A stretch of 51,379 nt of DNA from a gamma proteobacterium HTCC2207 (GCA_905181925.1 CAJIZU010000001.1:1-51379); one strand, 5' to 3'. Positions 19,171 through 29,735 are shown, counted from the first letter of the stretch. Numbers and translations: made by a program. Notes: generated by a model not told the origin, from the sequence alone.

Positions 19171-20594
19171 CGGCTACTGACTTTTTCTAAAGCTCTTGCG
19201 GCTGCGGCTTTAACTTGTACCGGTGCTGTGCCACCAATATGATCACGCGCGGCCACTGATCCTTCCAATGTTAGTACTGAGAAGACATCATTTTTAATTT
19301 GATCCGAAAATTGTACTAATTCCTCAAGACTCATATCTGACAAGTCTTTTTGTTCAGCAATACCATAAGCAACCGCCTTACCAACAATCTCGTGGGCATC
19401 GCGAAAGGGGATGCCTGTGCCAACGAGATAGTCCGCTAAATCCGTTGCTGTAGAGAATCCACGTTTTGCGGCCTCGTACATTGTCGTCTTATTCGCCTCA
19501 ATGGCGGGTATCATGTCGGCGAATGCTCGCAGACAGTCACGAACGGTATCAACGGTATCAAATAAAGGCTCTTTATCTTCTTGGTTATCTTTGTTGTAGG
19601 CCAATGGTTGAGATTTCATCAGTGTTAAAAGGGAGACAAGATGTCCATTAACTCTGCCCGTTTTACCACGTACCAACTCTGGTACATCCGGATTTTTCTT
19701 TTGAGGCATAATCGATGATCCGGTACAAAATCGATCGGGTAGATCAATAAATTGGAACTGGGCCGAAGTCCAGAGAATCAACTCCTCTGACATTCGTGAC
19801 ATATGGGTAAGCAGAATACTGGCGAAGGCACAAAATTCGATCGCAAAGTCTCTGTCACTGACTGAGTCTAGTGAATTTTCAGTGGGCTTATCAAAATTTA
19901 AGCTAGTTGATGTGTGATTGCGATCAATGGGGTAAGTGGTGCCTGCCAGTGCAGCGGCGCCCAGAGGGCAATGATTTAAACGCTTACGGCAGTCCTGTAA
20001 GCGGCCAAAGTCTCGCTCTAGCATTTCATTCCATGCCAATAGGTGGTGACCAAAAGTTACTGGTTGAGCAGTTTGCAGATGAGTAAACCCGGGCATAATA
20101 GTATCACTTTCAATCGATGCTAGCTCAATCATGCCTGTTTGCAGCGCGCTTAACAGTAACCCAATAGCATCTATTTCATCCCGCAGCCATAGTCGTATGT
20201 CAGTAGCCACCTGATCATTTCGAGATCGTCCAGTATGTAATTTTTTACCGATATCACCTATTCGAGCGGTTAGTGCAGCTTCAATATTCATATGGACGTC
20301 TTCAAGGGCAATGGACCAGGCAAATTCACCCGATTCAATCTCGCTAGCAATAGCCTCCAGTCCACCGATGATTGCTTCGAGCTCAATGTCGGTAAGTACT
20401 CCCACTTCGCATAGCATTGAAGCATGGGCGATAGAGCCCTGAATATCATGCCTAAAAAGACGTCGATCAAAGTTTACTGAAGCCGTAAAGCGGGCAACAA
20501 AGGCATCAACGGGCTCGTTAAATCGACCACCCCATGATTGGTTAAGATGGGTGTGCTGCGATTGATCAGTTGAAGACTTTTTGGAGCTACTCAT
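19167..20594 (-). CDS. argH: Argininosuccinate lyase
   Basis: [14 protein letters not shown] and [12 protein letters not shown] motifs. Confidence 0.98.
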   Translation of the reverse strand: MSSSKKSSTDQSQHTHLNQSWGGRFNEPVDAFVARFTASVNFDRRLFRHDIQGSIAHASMLCEVGVLTDIELEAIIGGLEAIASEIESGEFAWSIALEDVHMNIEAALTARIGDIGKKLHTGRSRNDQVATDIRLWLRDEIDAIGLLLSALQTGMIELASIESDTIMPGFTHLQTAQPVTFGHHLLAWNEMLERDFGRLQDCRKRLNHCPLGAAALAGTTYPIDRNHTSTSLNFDKPTENSLDSVSDRDFAIEFCAFASILLTHMSRMSEELILWTSAQFQFIDLPDRFCTGSSIMPQKKNPDVPELVRGKTGRVNGHLVSLLTLMKSQPLAYNKDNQEDKEPLFDTVDTVRDCLRAFADMIPAIEANKTTMYEAAKRGFSTATDLADYLVGTGIPFRDAHEIVGKAVAYGIAEQKDLSDMSLEELVQFSDQIKNDVFSVLTLEGSVAARDHIGGTAPVQVKAAAARALEKVSSR

Positions 20595-20794
20595 AAAACT
20601 GCTGCCTAATTAATAAAACAAGGAACACGATTATAGCCAAACATCAGCGTAATAACTTAAAACTTGGGTATATTCTAAAAACACCAATGGAGGAAGAGAT
20701 GAATATCAATCAACAGCATCTAATTACCATTGATCTCTGACAAAAGTCGAGAAATCGTCGATAATGAAGCAACTTACTGATATGAGCCGATTCA

Positions 20795-21727
20795 ATGACC
20801 GGTACCCTTCGTATAGCAACTCGAAAAAGTCCTTTGGCATTGTGGCAGGCTGAGTTCGTAAAGAGCCAGCTACAGTGCTATCACCCTCGTCTTAAAATTG
20901 AGCTGGTGACTATGACCACAAAGGGGGACAAATTACTGGACACACCATTGGCCAAAATCGGTGGTAAAGGACTCTTTGTCAAAGAGCTTGAGACCGCGAT
21001 GCTTCAGGACTTAGCTGATATTGCAGTTCATTCAATGAAAGATGTCCCAATGGAGTTTCCTGAGGGACTGTGTTTGTCAGTGATTTGTGAGCGAGAAGAT
21101 TCTTCTGATGCTTTTGTCTCCAGCCACTTTGGGACGTTGGCCGAGTTGCCAGAAAATGCGGTTATCGGAACCTCAAGTCTACGCCGCCAGTGTCAGATTC
21201 GAGCTCATTTTCCTATGTTACAAGTAAAAGAGTTGCGCGGTAATGTGAATACTAGATTGTCCAAGCTAGATGCTGGTGAGTATGACGCGATTATTTTAGC
21301 CTCTGCAGGTCTAATGCGCTTAGGTATGGCGGATCGAATTACACAAAGGCTACCGACTAGTATCTCTCTCCCGGCGGGTGGACAGGGTGCAGTTGGCATT
21401 GAATGTCGCAGTAATGATACGCGTATGCAAGAACTTATAGCGCCATTACATCATCTTGAGTCGGCCATCTGTGTGCGCGCAGAACGAGCGGCTAACAAAC
21501 ACCTCCAAGGTGGTTGTCAGGTCCCCATAGCCTGCTTTGCAGAGCTTAGCGACAATGGTGCAACGGTTAACCTAAGAGGATTAGTGGGTAGTGTTGATGG
21601 CAGCCGTATATTACGAGCACATGCCACAGGTAATGTTGATAATCCCGAAAAATTAGGTATTCAGGTAGCCAAAGATCTACTGTCTCAAGGTGCTGGAAAG
21701 CTACTGGCTGAGATTTATGGCGATTAA
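20795..21727 (+). CDS. hemC: Porphobilinogen deaminase
   Basis: [26 protein letters not shown] and GGCQVP motifs. Confidence 0.98.
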   Translation: MTGTLRIATRKSPLALWQAEFVKSQLQCYHPRLKIELVTMTTKGDKLLDTPLAKIGGKGLFVKELETAMLQDLADIAVHSMKDVPMEFPEGLCLSVICEREDSSDAFVSSHFGTLAELPENAVIGTSSLRRQCQIRAHFPMLQVKELRGNVNTRLSKLDAGEYDAIILASAGLMRLGMADRITQRLPTSISLPAGGQGAVGIECRSNDTRMQELIAPLHHLESAICVRAERAANKHLQGGCQVPIACFAELSDNGATVNLRGLVGSVDGSRILRAHATGNVDNPEKLGIQVAKDLLSQGAGKLLAEIYGD

Positions 21728-22478
21728 CGGGTTAGCGGGTAAGCGTTTATTATTGATTCGTTCGCACCGAGATTACGATGAGTTTTTAACTCTCGCATCT
21801 GATGCTCGTGCCAAGGTAGCTCATATTCCAGTGATTGATATTGAGCCTGTCATAGAAAACTCAAAAGTCACACAGCAAATAGTGTCTTTTGATCTATTTG
21901 ATATCGCTATTTTTGTAAGCGTACATGCAGGCCAAATTGCAATGCAACGGCTAGACGAATATTGGCCCATGTTGCCAGTAGGGATTGATTATTTTGCTAT
22001 TGGACGACAAACAGCATCGTTCATAAAGGGCTATGTCAACAACGTCTATTCGCCAGGTAACAATGCTAATTCTGAAGGATTACTAGAACTACCCGAACTT
22101 CAAGATGTAAAAAACAAGTCAGTAGTTATTTTTCGAGGTGGTAGGGGACGCGAAACACTTAGTCAAGAGCTCAGTGCACGTGGGGCTAACGTCGAATATT
22201 GTGACATTTACCGTAGAGTTAGAAATCAGAAAAAGCTCCAGTTAGCGTATCGGCAACTTAGTGAGATCGATTTCTTAATAGCCCATAGCGGAGAGTTACT
22301 AGAAGCCATGGGGCCATTGAAAAGTCTTGAGAATTTTGTGAGCGGTAATCTTTTCTCGGTCGTTGTGCCTAGTCAAAGAGTAGCGGAAATAGCTTATGAT
22401 TTGGGTTATGGTTCTGTGTTTGTGGCTAAAAATGCACTACCTGAGTCTATGCTTGCTGTATTAGAACAGAACATTTAA
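21717..22478 (+). CDS. hemD: Uroporphyrinogen-III synthase
   Basis: [23 protein letters not shown] and YRR motifs; follows hemC; start placed at ATG 21717. Confidence 0.9.
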   Translation: MAINGLAGKRLLLIRSHRDYDEFLTLASDARAKVAHIPVIDIEPVIENSKVTQQIVSFDLFDIAIFVSVHAGQIAMQRLDEYWPMLPVGIDYFAIGRQTASFIKGYVNNVYSPGNNANSEGLLELPELQDVKNKSVVIFRGGRGRETLSQELSARGANVEYCDIYRRVRNQKKLQLAYRQLSEIDFLIAHSGELLEAMGPLKSLENFVSGNLFSVVVPSQRVAEIAYDLGYGSVFVAKNALPESMLAVLEQNI

Positions 22479-22538
22479 ATCAGTTACTTGAGTAGATGAA
22501 ACTAAAAGGGTAATTACAGTCGATGATTAATTGGAGGT

Positions 22539-23699
22539 ATGAAAATGTCTGAATCTGAGGAGAAGACTCAAGTCCTCGAAAATCCAACATCAAAGGCGGA
22601 GATTAAAGAAAATCAGTCGATCACTAAAAAGCCCCGCACGTCAGCTTACTTTTGGTTACTACTTGGATTACCAGCTCTGTTCGCGGTTATTGTTGTGAGT
22701 TGGTTTGGATGGCAGCAATGGCAGATTATGCTGACTGATTTAGAGCGAATAGAATATTTAAATGTCGAATTGGAAGCGCATTTAAAGCAGGCTAATAGCC
22801 AGTCCATAAGTACTAGTAATCGCGAGCTTGAGCACTTAGAGAACCGTAAAGAGCTGTCTCAGCAAGTGATTAACTTGCAGTTACAAGTAAATGCTCAGGG
22901 CGCCCGAATTACCGAGCTTGGCTCAACTACGCGCACAGATTGGTATCTGTCAGAGGCAGCTTATCTGGCACGTTTAGCCAGTCAGCGGTTACAAACGGAG
23001 CGTGGTACAAAAAATCCACTAGCGCTTCTTCAAAAAGTTGACTCAATTTTAGTTGAAATTGATGAAGGAGGAATGTTGGCTGTTCGGGCCGCCATAGCTG
23101 CGGATATCACGGCGCTTAGACTAGCGGGTGAAATTGATATTGAGGGCATCGTTTTAGAATTAAATGCGCTCGCCGTGCAAATTGATGAGCTACCAATGAT
23201 CCAGCTATCAGTAAATTCTTCTGCGAGTAACCAAGATTCAGATGATAACGGTTTAGCCAACCTGGTTGTTGATGAGTCGCTCTCTCAACGCTGGTCTGCT
23301 TTGATCGATGAATTTACTCAGTCTTTGGGCCAACTTGTTCAAGTGAAGCAGCGCCTTCAGCCGATTGAGCGAGTTCTTTCTGCTAGCGAGGAGAGTGTTG
23401 TACGTAATAACGTAAGACTTCTGTTACAGCAGGCGGCCAATGCAGCACTGCGTGAGCAACAGAGCATATATGACCTCAGTCTTAAGCGCGCTCAGCAATG
23501 GCTAACGCAATACTTCCAAATGAACAGTTCAGTTGAGGTGGTAAAAGATCGTCTGATAAAGCTTAGCGTGGAACAGGTCGTCCAAGAACTACCATTTATT
23601 GACGGGTCGGTTAACGCGCTTGAGGCATTTATGATCGTTAGACAAAGTAACCTTATCGAAGGAAGTGCAGGGGTAGTGGAAATAGAGGCCGTGGATTAG
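22539..23699 (+). CDS. hemX: HemX family membrane-anchored coiled-coil protein
   Basis: Single N-terminal TM, coiled coil, WYLSEAAYLARLA motif; hemCDXY synteny. Confidence 0.88.
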   Translation: MKMSESEEKTQVLENPTSKAEIKENQSITKKPRTSAYFWLLLGLPALFAVIVVSWFGWQQWQIMLTDLERIEYLNVELEAHLKQANSQSISTSNRELEHLENRKELSQQVINLQLQVNAQGARITELGSTTRTDWYLSEAAYLARLASQRLQTERGTKNPLALLQKVDSILVEIDEGGMLAVRAAIAADITALRLAGEIDIEGIVLELNALAVQIDELPMIQLSVNSSASNQDSDDNGLANLVVDESLSQRWSALIDEFTQSLGQLVQVKQRLQPIERVLSASEESVVRNNVRLLLQQAANAALREQQSIYDLSLKRAQQWLTQYFQMNSSVEVVKDRLIKLSVEQVVQELPFIDGSVNALEAFMIVRQSNLIEGSAGVVEIEAVD

Positions 23700-23701
23700 C
23701 C

Positions 23702-24919
23702 ATGAGAAAATTATTAGTTATTTCGATTATGGCGTTATTGGTGGGCGCTTCAAGTATTTGGTTAATGCAGCGTGACAGTGGATACATTTTACTGAGTATT
23801 AATGATGTTACTGTTGAAATGACCGCCTGGGTTGGTTTGCTCTTATACCTATGGGTGACAGGTATTACTGTCTGGTTGATTTTACTATTTAAGTGGCTGT
23901 CGCAAGCTGGCGGATTTCGACATTGGTGGTCGACAAGAAATAGAATGCGGCATCTTAATAAAACAGCGCAAGGACTAATTCTGTTTGCCGATCATGACTG
24001 GGAAAAAGCGAGAGAATTATTGGTAGACTCCGCGGCTCAATCATCAATGCCTGATGTAAATTTATTGTTTGCTGCCCGTGCCGCTGCCGAAAACCATCAG
24101 ATAGATGATGCTCGTGACTTGTTAGAGAGACTCAGAGAGACTCAGCCACGCGCTACATTACTAGCCGACAAGGCTTTCGCCGAGATATTATTGGGCGAAG
24201 AAAACTTCACTCAGGCAATTCAGTTCTTACTGCCAATCGCAGAAAAAAAGCCGAATGATCGCGGTGTTCTGCGTCTACTAGCAGATCTTTACTATTTGAC
24301 GGAAGATTGGTCGTCTTTGCAGAAGATACTGGCTGATTTACGTCGATTTAAGGCACTTAACTCAACTGACTTAGACGTGCTTGAAATAGATGTATATACA
24401 AATTTATTGAGTAGTTTCCAATTAAATATTGATTCCACCGCTCAAGAAAAGATCGACCAAGTTGGCGAGTTATGGGAATTAATTCCCAAAAAATTACGAC
24501 AAAATCACGATATTATGTGTGGTTATTTCGAGGTACTGCAGCTAGTTAACGATAACGATAAATTAGTTATGTTGCTGGCCAAGAGCATTAATAGTCAATG
24601 GAACACAGAGTTAGTTCGTCGTTTGGGCGAAGCTACAAGCTCAGTACCAGAAAAACAGCTTTTGATAGCAGAAAAGTGGTTGATTAAAAATCCGCAGGAT
24701 ATCGCTTTGCTAACCGCACTTGGCAACATTTGTTGCCAAGCAAAGTTCTGGGGAAAAGCTAAGGATTATTTTGCTAGTGCAGTGGCTCTTCAACCCAGTC
24801 CCTATCTTTACTTGAAGCTATCTGAAGTTTTAGTGGAGATGGGTGATTTTACTGGCAGTAATGACAGCTGCAAGCGAGGACTTTTACTGGGCATTGAGAC
24901 TCAATTTAATCAAGACTAA
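23702..24919 (+). CDS. hemY: HemY N-terminal domain/TPR membrane protein
   Basis: Two N-terminal TMs with DSGYILL, TPR-like helices; synteny. Confidence 0.88.
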   Translation: MRKLLVISIMALLVGASSIWLMQRDSGYILLSINDVTVEMTAWVGLLLYLWVTGITVWLILLFKWLSQAGGFRHWWSTRNRMRHLNKTAQGLILFADHDWEKARELLVDSAAQSSMPDVNLLFAARAAAENHQIDDARDLLERLRETQPRATLLADKAFAEILLGEENFTQAIQFLLPIAEKKPNDRGVLRLLADLYYLTEDWSSLQKILADLRRFKALNSTDLDVLEIDVYTNLLSSFQLNIDSTAQEKIDQVGELWELIPKKLRQNHDIMCGYFEVLQLVNDNDKLVMLLAKSINSQWNTELVRRLGEATSSVPEKQLLIAEKWLIKNPQDIALLTALGNICCQAKFWGKAKDYFASAVALQPSPYLYLKLSEVLVEMGDFTGSNDSCKRGLLLGIETQFNQD

Positions 24920-25054
24920 TTACTATTCGGCAGTACCGTTTTCGTTAGTTGAGTATTAAGGGCTCAACATCCACTTCCCGTCCGGGCAACGATCAGTGGG
25001 TCTTTAAGGGCAAACTGTATCCATTGAGATTGAGGTGACATGTGCCGTTTTGTT

Positions 25055-27088
25055 CTAAATACGTTTTTTCTTAAGATCACGTATTAAAAATCGTGATGGG
25101 TGCATTGCTTTGCGTAATTCTCTCTCTAGGGGCCCTAGTTGCTGGTGGATCTCTGCCGCAAGGACCTCAGCGGTCAAGGGAGCATAGCCCAATCCGCGAG
25201 AACCCATTCCACAGTTAATATAGAGATTTGGAAGATAGGTTCCCATTACCGGGGAATCTTTGCGTGCATCTACTCGTAAAGATTCATAGGTCTCAAGCAT
25301 GGCGGATACGTCTGGAACTGGACCAACAATCGGTAAATAATCTCTTGTTGTACAGCGAAAATTGGCTCGGCCCTCGAGTTTATTTAGTTGGACAGTACCT
25401 ATCGCTCTACCGATGCCTTGATCCGTTTTTGTTATTTGGTCAAGGTTGGTTTGATGGTCTTGAATTCTTAGTTCGGTGCTATCAATAGCCTTATTATAGG
25501 TCGCACCACACCCATGAGTACCTTTGTTTGGCGGGGCTATGTAGCCCTCACCACAGATGACTGTTTTCAAGGACTGACTGTCTTCAGTAACAGGTAATTC
25601 GGTGACTTGACCGCGTAGTTTAGTAATACCTAAAAAATTTGTTTGTTCAAATTTTTCGCAGTCATAGGCATTGGCAACAACTACTATATCTGAGTGGCTC
25701 AGTTGCTCGCGTTTAGCGTCAAGTAACTCCCATTGTCCAGTTGATTTATTTCTAAAGAGTTGAGCTACATCGCCTTGAACGAGCGCGATATTATGATCCT
25801 TGAGAATCTCCTGACAAATAGTCGCTGGAGGAAGCCATCCAAGCTTAGAAAAATAGAGTCCATGGGAGGTATCCAAGCTTATACCCGCGATAGCCTCCAT
25901 CTGGGCATTGTCGACAAGTCTTACCAAAGACTTTTGATGGTAAAAATGTTGGCCAAGCTGCTCAAACTGTTTACGCTGACGCTCACCTTCCGGAATCACC
26001 AATACTCCGCATTGTTGACCTAACCCTCGATTCCAAAAAGTTTGATAATAACGACTCGCAAGGGTTATGGCAGCAAGATTAATGCGTGGAAGGGGTTCGT
26101 CTCGTATTGACAATTTTGGGTAGATAATAGCCTGCTGGTTGCCCGACGCCTCTTGACCAGCTCTAGTATGCCGATCAATGATTGTGACGTTGTAACCGCG
26201 CTTGGACAGTGCTGCTGCAGTGGTGCAACCGGCAATTCCAGCTCCGATAATGGTGACGCTAGGTTGGCGAGAAAGAGGTCGGCTTGGCAATTGATTGAGA
26301 TGCCATTGATTTGTGCCACGGGCATTGTCCGAATCATTCTTGAGTCTAGCAATGAGCGTGGCGCTAATCATTTGACACTTGTCGGCAAACCCTTGTTTGT
26401 AGTTGACACTAAAGCCAGCGATATTAAGACTTTTTGTTACTTCACTTTCAGTTAAATAGGTCGTTAAGCTCGTTTCAGTTGACGATAAGCTGGCAATAGT
26501 TTTGCACAGTTCTTTTTGCCACATTGCTGGGTTCTTTTCGGGCGAAAAGCCGTTAAGAAACCATGTGTCTATAGGTTTTTTATCATAGACAGAGTGCCTT
26601 TGATCGACGCTTTCACCAAGTGCATTGAACATCTCTTGGGCATCGCCTAACATGAGGCATAGATTGATTCGACCCTCATATAACTCGATGCTATGGAAAC
26701 CTTTTACTGCGGGAGGGTAGCTGTCGATCAGCACCTGACCATGAGCACTTAGGGAAGGAAACTGCTCAAATACTTTCGCTAGATCGGCCGTCTTTAGAGG
26801 CACCGGCTCTGCGGAGAAATAGTACAGCGTGCAATTAGTGGGCGCAGTTTTCAGCCATAATTCACAGCAGTTAAGGAAGTTAATGCCAGTACCAAATCCA
26901 AGTTCTCCAATACTAAAAGATCGATCAGCCGCTTTTAGATTATTCCAGCGAGAGGGTAAGTCGTTTTGTTGCAAAAACACATAGAAACTTTCAGCAAGCC
27001 CGTTAGGCAAAGACCAATAGAAGTCCTCGTAGTCCAAGGAGTAGGGCATTCCTTGGCGCCATTGGATATCTGCCGCTGCAAGTTCCAC
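25055..27088 (-). CDS. mnmC: Bifunctional tRNA mnm5s2U34 biosynthesis protein MnmC (methyltransferase domain appears degenerate)
   Basis: ELGFGTGINF, NPAMW, FAD motif GAGIAG, ASGN, RCTTRDYLP and GSRGL; GTG start overlaps the fldB TAG by 1 nt. Confidence 0.93.
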   Translation of the reverse strand: MELAAADIQWRQGMPYSLDYEDFYWSLPNGLAESFYVFLQQNDLPSRWNNLKAADRSFSIGELGFGTGINFLNCCELWLKTAPTNCTLYYFSAEPVPLKTADLAKVFEQFPSLSAHGQVLIDSYPPAVKGFHSIELYEGRINLCLMLGDAQEMFNALGESVDQRHSVYDKKPIDTWFLNGFSPEKNPAMWQKELCKTIASLSSTETSLTTYLTESEVTKSLNIAGFSVNYKQGFADKCQMISATLIARLKNDSDNARGTNQWHLNQLPSRPLSRQPSVTIIGAGIAGCTTAAALSKRGYNVTIIDRHTRAGQEASGNQQAIIYPKLSIRDEPLPRINLAAITLASRYYQTFWNRGLGQQCGVLVIPEGERQRKQFEQLGQHFYHQKSLVRLVDNAQMEAIAGISLDTSHGLYFSKLGWLPPATICQEILKDHNIALVQGDVAQLFRNKSTGQWELLDAKREQLSHSDIVVVANAYDCEKFEQTNFLGITKLRGQVTELPVTEDSQSLKTVICGEGYIAPPNKGTHGCGATYNKAIDSTELRIQDHQTNLDQITKTDQGIGRAIGTVQLNKLEGRANFRCTTRDYLPIVGPVPDVSAMLETYESLRVDARKDSPVMGTYLPNLYINCGMGSRGLGYAPLTAEVLAAEIHQQLGPLERELRKAMHPSRFLIRDLKKKRI

Positions 27089-27621
27089 TAAGTTAATCCA
27101 AACTCGCGCATAATTTGATCACACCACTTTGTAATGTAGGCATCTGCCAACTCTATCTGATTCTCATCGTCTAGCGGTAATCCAACAAACATTGTCGCAT
27201 CGTCATTTAATGCTTTGGATTCCTTAAAGTCGAAGCCTTTATTAGGCCAAGCTCCTACTGCAGTTGCGCCCTGAGTGATGGTCTTAGCCCAAAGGTATCC
27301 CAGGGCATCTTGAAACCACTCGGGATAACCCACTTGATCGCCTAAACCGTAGACGGCAACTTTTATGCCCGTTAGGTCGAGCCCATCGAGCGCATCCCAG
27401 TGTGTTTCCCAGTCTTCTTGTAATTCACCAAAATCCCACGTTGGAATGCCAAGAATTAAATATTTATATTCCGTCATCCGTTGTACGGGGTCTAAAGCAA
27501 CATCATGCAGACTTACTGTATCTTCACCAAGTTTAGAATTTATTTCATCACGGATTTTCTCACCCGCCATTTCAGTATAGCAAGTGGTACTCCCGTAAAA
27601 TAAACCGATCTTTACTGTCAT
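27088..27621 (-). CDS. fldB: Long-chain flavodoxin FldB
   Basis: GLFYGSTTCYTE, GIPTWDFGELQEDW and GLGDQVGYPEWF motifs (the STTCYTE form is FldB-type). Confidence 0.9.
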   Translation of the reverse strand: MTVKIGLFYGSTTCYTEMAGEKIRDEINSKLGEDTVSLHDVALDPVQRMTEYKYLILGIPTWDFGELQEDWETHWDALDGLDLTGIKVAVYGLGDQVGYPEWFQDALGYLWAKTITQGATAVGAWPNKGFDFKESKALNDDATMFVGLPLDDENQIELADAYITKWCDQIMREFGLT

Positions 27622-27751
27622 CTAATTTATATCTCGCGAATTCTTATTGGGCTGCTGTGGAGTATTTAGGCGATTTGTTAAGTCTCAGATATCACCCGCG
27701 CACATGATACTCGCAGTTTTTGAATTATAAAAACACCAAACTAAAGTTTAT

Positions 27752-28216
27752 TTAAATGCTGCCGGCAAAGTCAATTTTCTTCCATGCTTCGTAAGCCACA
27801 ATAGCCACTGTGTTTGATAGATTCAAACTGCGACTACTCGCTTGCATGGGTAAACGTAGGATATTATCAGCGCCAATCGAATTCCTTATATGTTCGGGGA
27901 GACCTCTTGTTTCTGGACCAAAAAGAAGAGTGTCATTAGGCTGATAATTTATGGATGAATAATTGATTGTTCCTTTAGTGCTCAATGCGTATACATTGAT
28001 TGGATTCACCGAGCTTAAATAAGCAGCCCAATCCCGATGAATCTGCAAATCCTGGAATTCGCTGTAGTCTAAGCCAGCTCTTCGTAATCGTTTGTCATCC
28101 AGCTCGAAGCCAAGAGGCTCAATCAGATGCAATCTAAAACCTGTGTTAGCGCAAAGCCGAATAATATTTCCAGTATTTGGTGGTATTTCTGGTTCATAAA
28201 GAACGATATCAAGCAT
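27752..28216 (-). CDS. trmL: tRNA (cytidine/uridine34-2'-O)-methyltransferase
   Basis: EPEIPPNTGNIIR, RRAGLDY, FGPETRGL and RSLNLSN motifs. Confidence 0.96.
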   Translation of the reverse strand: MLDIVLYEPEIPPNTGNIIRLCANTGFRLHLIEPLGFELDDKRLRRAGLDYSEFQDLQIHRDWAAYLSSVNPINVYALSTKGTINYSSINYQPNDTLLFGPETRGLPEHIRNSIGADNILRLPMQASSRSLNLSNTVAIVAYEAWKKIDFAGSI

Positions 28217-28381
28217 GGAGATTCTTCTGTAAAGTTGCGTCTAGGGAGGATAATTTTATATCATTCAGAGATTGTACCTCTAATGAATCAAGGCTATCGT
28301 TTATAGTGTATTGAAGCATACTATCAGGTAGTAAACTTAAATTGTCGCTAACCTCTGGCGATACTGTAAAAGGTGTTATAA

Positions 28382-28837
28382 ATGAAAAATTTCGATCAGC
28401 AAAAAGCAATACAAATACTAAACAAAATTATGGAGTTAGAGCTGTCCGGCGTTGTTCGCTATACCCATTATTCCTTAATGATTTATGGTTACAATCGAAT
28501 TCCAATCGTCTCTTGGTTAAAAGCCAATGCTCAAGAAGGGCTCGATCATGCTACTAAAGCGGGCGAGCTTGTGACTATGCTGGGTGGCCATCCCTCCTTA
28601 AAAATTGGCGCTTTACTAGAGACTGAAAAACATGACACTGGTGACATACTTCGTGAGAGTTTAGAACATGAATCGGTTACTGCAGCGGTATATTACGAGT
28701 TATTAGAGCTTGTTGATGGTGAATCGGTAGTACTTGAAGAATATGCTCGCCAGATGATTCATTTAGAAGAATTGCATTTGGACGAAGTGAATAAAATGCT
28801 CCGGACGCCGGGAGATCTTGCGCCTTTCGAGGCTTAA
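28382..28837 (+). CDS. Bacterioferritin-like / ferritin-like di-iron protein
   Basis: Four-helix pattern with ELELS, EGLDH, LEHE and EELH ferroxidase-type ligands, plus LGGHP. Confidence 0.82.
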   Translation: MKNFDQQKAIQILNKIMELELSGVVRYTHYSLMIYGYNRIPIVSWLKANAQEGLDHATKAGELVTMLGGHPSLKIGALLETEKHDTGDILRESLEHESVTAAVYYELLELVDGESVVLEEYARQMIHLEELHLDEVNKMLRTPGDLAPFEA

Positions 28838-28961
28838 GGGTTAGATAATTGGAGAAGTCGTACTTTTGGTCTTAGTTAGGCGCTTTGTCTTTAGCCCTTG
28901 TATTGCTTTGATAAAGTTACTTTGTCGGTAAAATTAGAATTAAAAAAAGGAGTTATTAATC

Positions 28962-29735
28962 ATGGAATTTATTAAAAAAAATGTAATAAAAGCGACACTG
29001 TTATCACTATTAGTCTCGGTGTCAGGAATGGCTGTTGCTGAGCGAGATACATCGAGAGATCAATATCGCCATCCGACAGAAACGCTAGCGTTTTTTGGAA
29101 TAGCGTCACAAATGGACGTTTTAGAGATATCACCAGGGGGTGGCTGGTATACCGAAGTTTTAGCCAAGCACGTCACTGGTGATCTACTCGCCGGACACTA
29201 TGACCCGCAATCAGATAGAGCATATTATCGAAATTCCCAAAGCAAGTTTGCGGCTAAAATTGCCGCGGCACCGGACATGTATGGCAACGTAAAAATGCAT
29301 ATATTTGATGCCTCGGCTAAGAAATTATCTGCTAAAGCGTCGTCTGTGGATGCGGTTGTTACTTTTAGAAACGTCCATAATTGGATGGGTTCGAGTGCCG
29401 AGGCGTCGTCATTTGAGCTATTTTTTAAGGCATTAAAGCCAGGTGGAGTGTTGGGTGTTGTAGAACATCGTGCGCCTGAAGGAACGGATAAAGCGACGAT
29501 GAAGAAAAGTGGTTATATGACGCAAGATTATGTCATCGAGCTTGCTCAAGCTGCCGGCTTTGTTTTCGAGGCATCGTCTGAAGTAAATGCCAATGAGAAA
29601 GACACTGCAAATCACCCCAAGGGTGTATGGACTCTACCGCCAAGCTTGAGCTTGGGGGACCAAGATCGGGAGCTTTATTTGGCGATTGGCGAAAGTGATC
29701 GAATGACATTGCGATTTCGGAAACCTAATCAGTGA
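28962..29735 (+). CDS. Class I SAM-dependent methyltransferase-like protein with signal peptide (COG4798-type)
   Basis: Sec-type signal ending AVA; RDQYRHPTETLAFFG, VLEISPGGGWYT, FRNVHNW, LKPGG and GESDRMTLRF motifs. Confidence 0.85.
   Translation: MEFIKKNVIKATLLSLLVSVSGMAVAERDTSRDQYRHPTETLAFFGIASQMDVLEISPGGGWYTEVLAKHVTGDLLAGHYDPQSDRAYYRNSQSKFAAKIAAAPDMYGNVKMHIFDASAKKLSAKASSVDAVVTFRNVHNWMGSSAEASSFELFFKALKPGGVLGVVEHRAPEGTDKATMKKSGYMTQDYVIELAQAAGFVFEASSEVNANEKDTANHPKGVWTLPPSLSLGDQDRELYLAIGESDRMTLRFRKPNQ

Noticed and set aside
24916-25041. Possible selenoprotein: minus-strand ORF ending GSGC-TGA with the frame continuing to a TAG
   Set aside because: No SD. The only nearby hairpin includes the TGA itself instead of lying downstream as a SECIS would, and I recognise no family.
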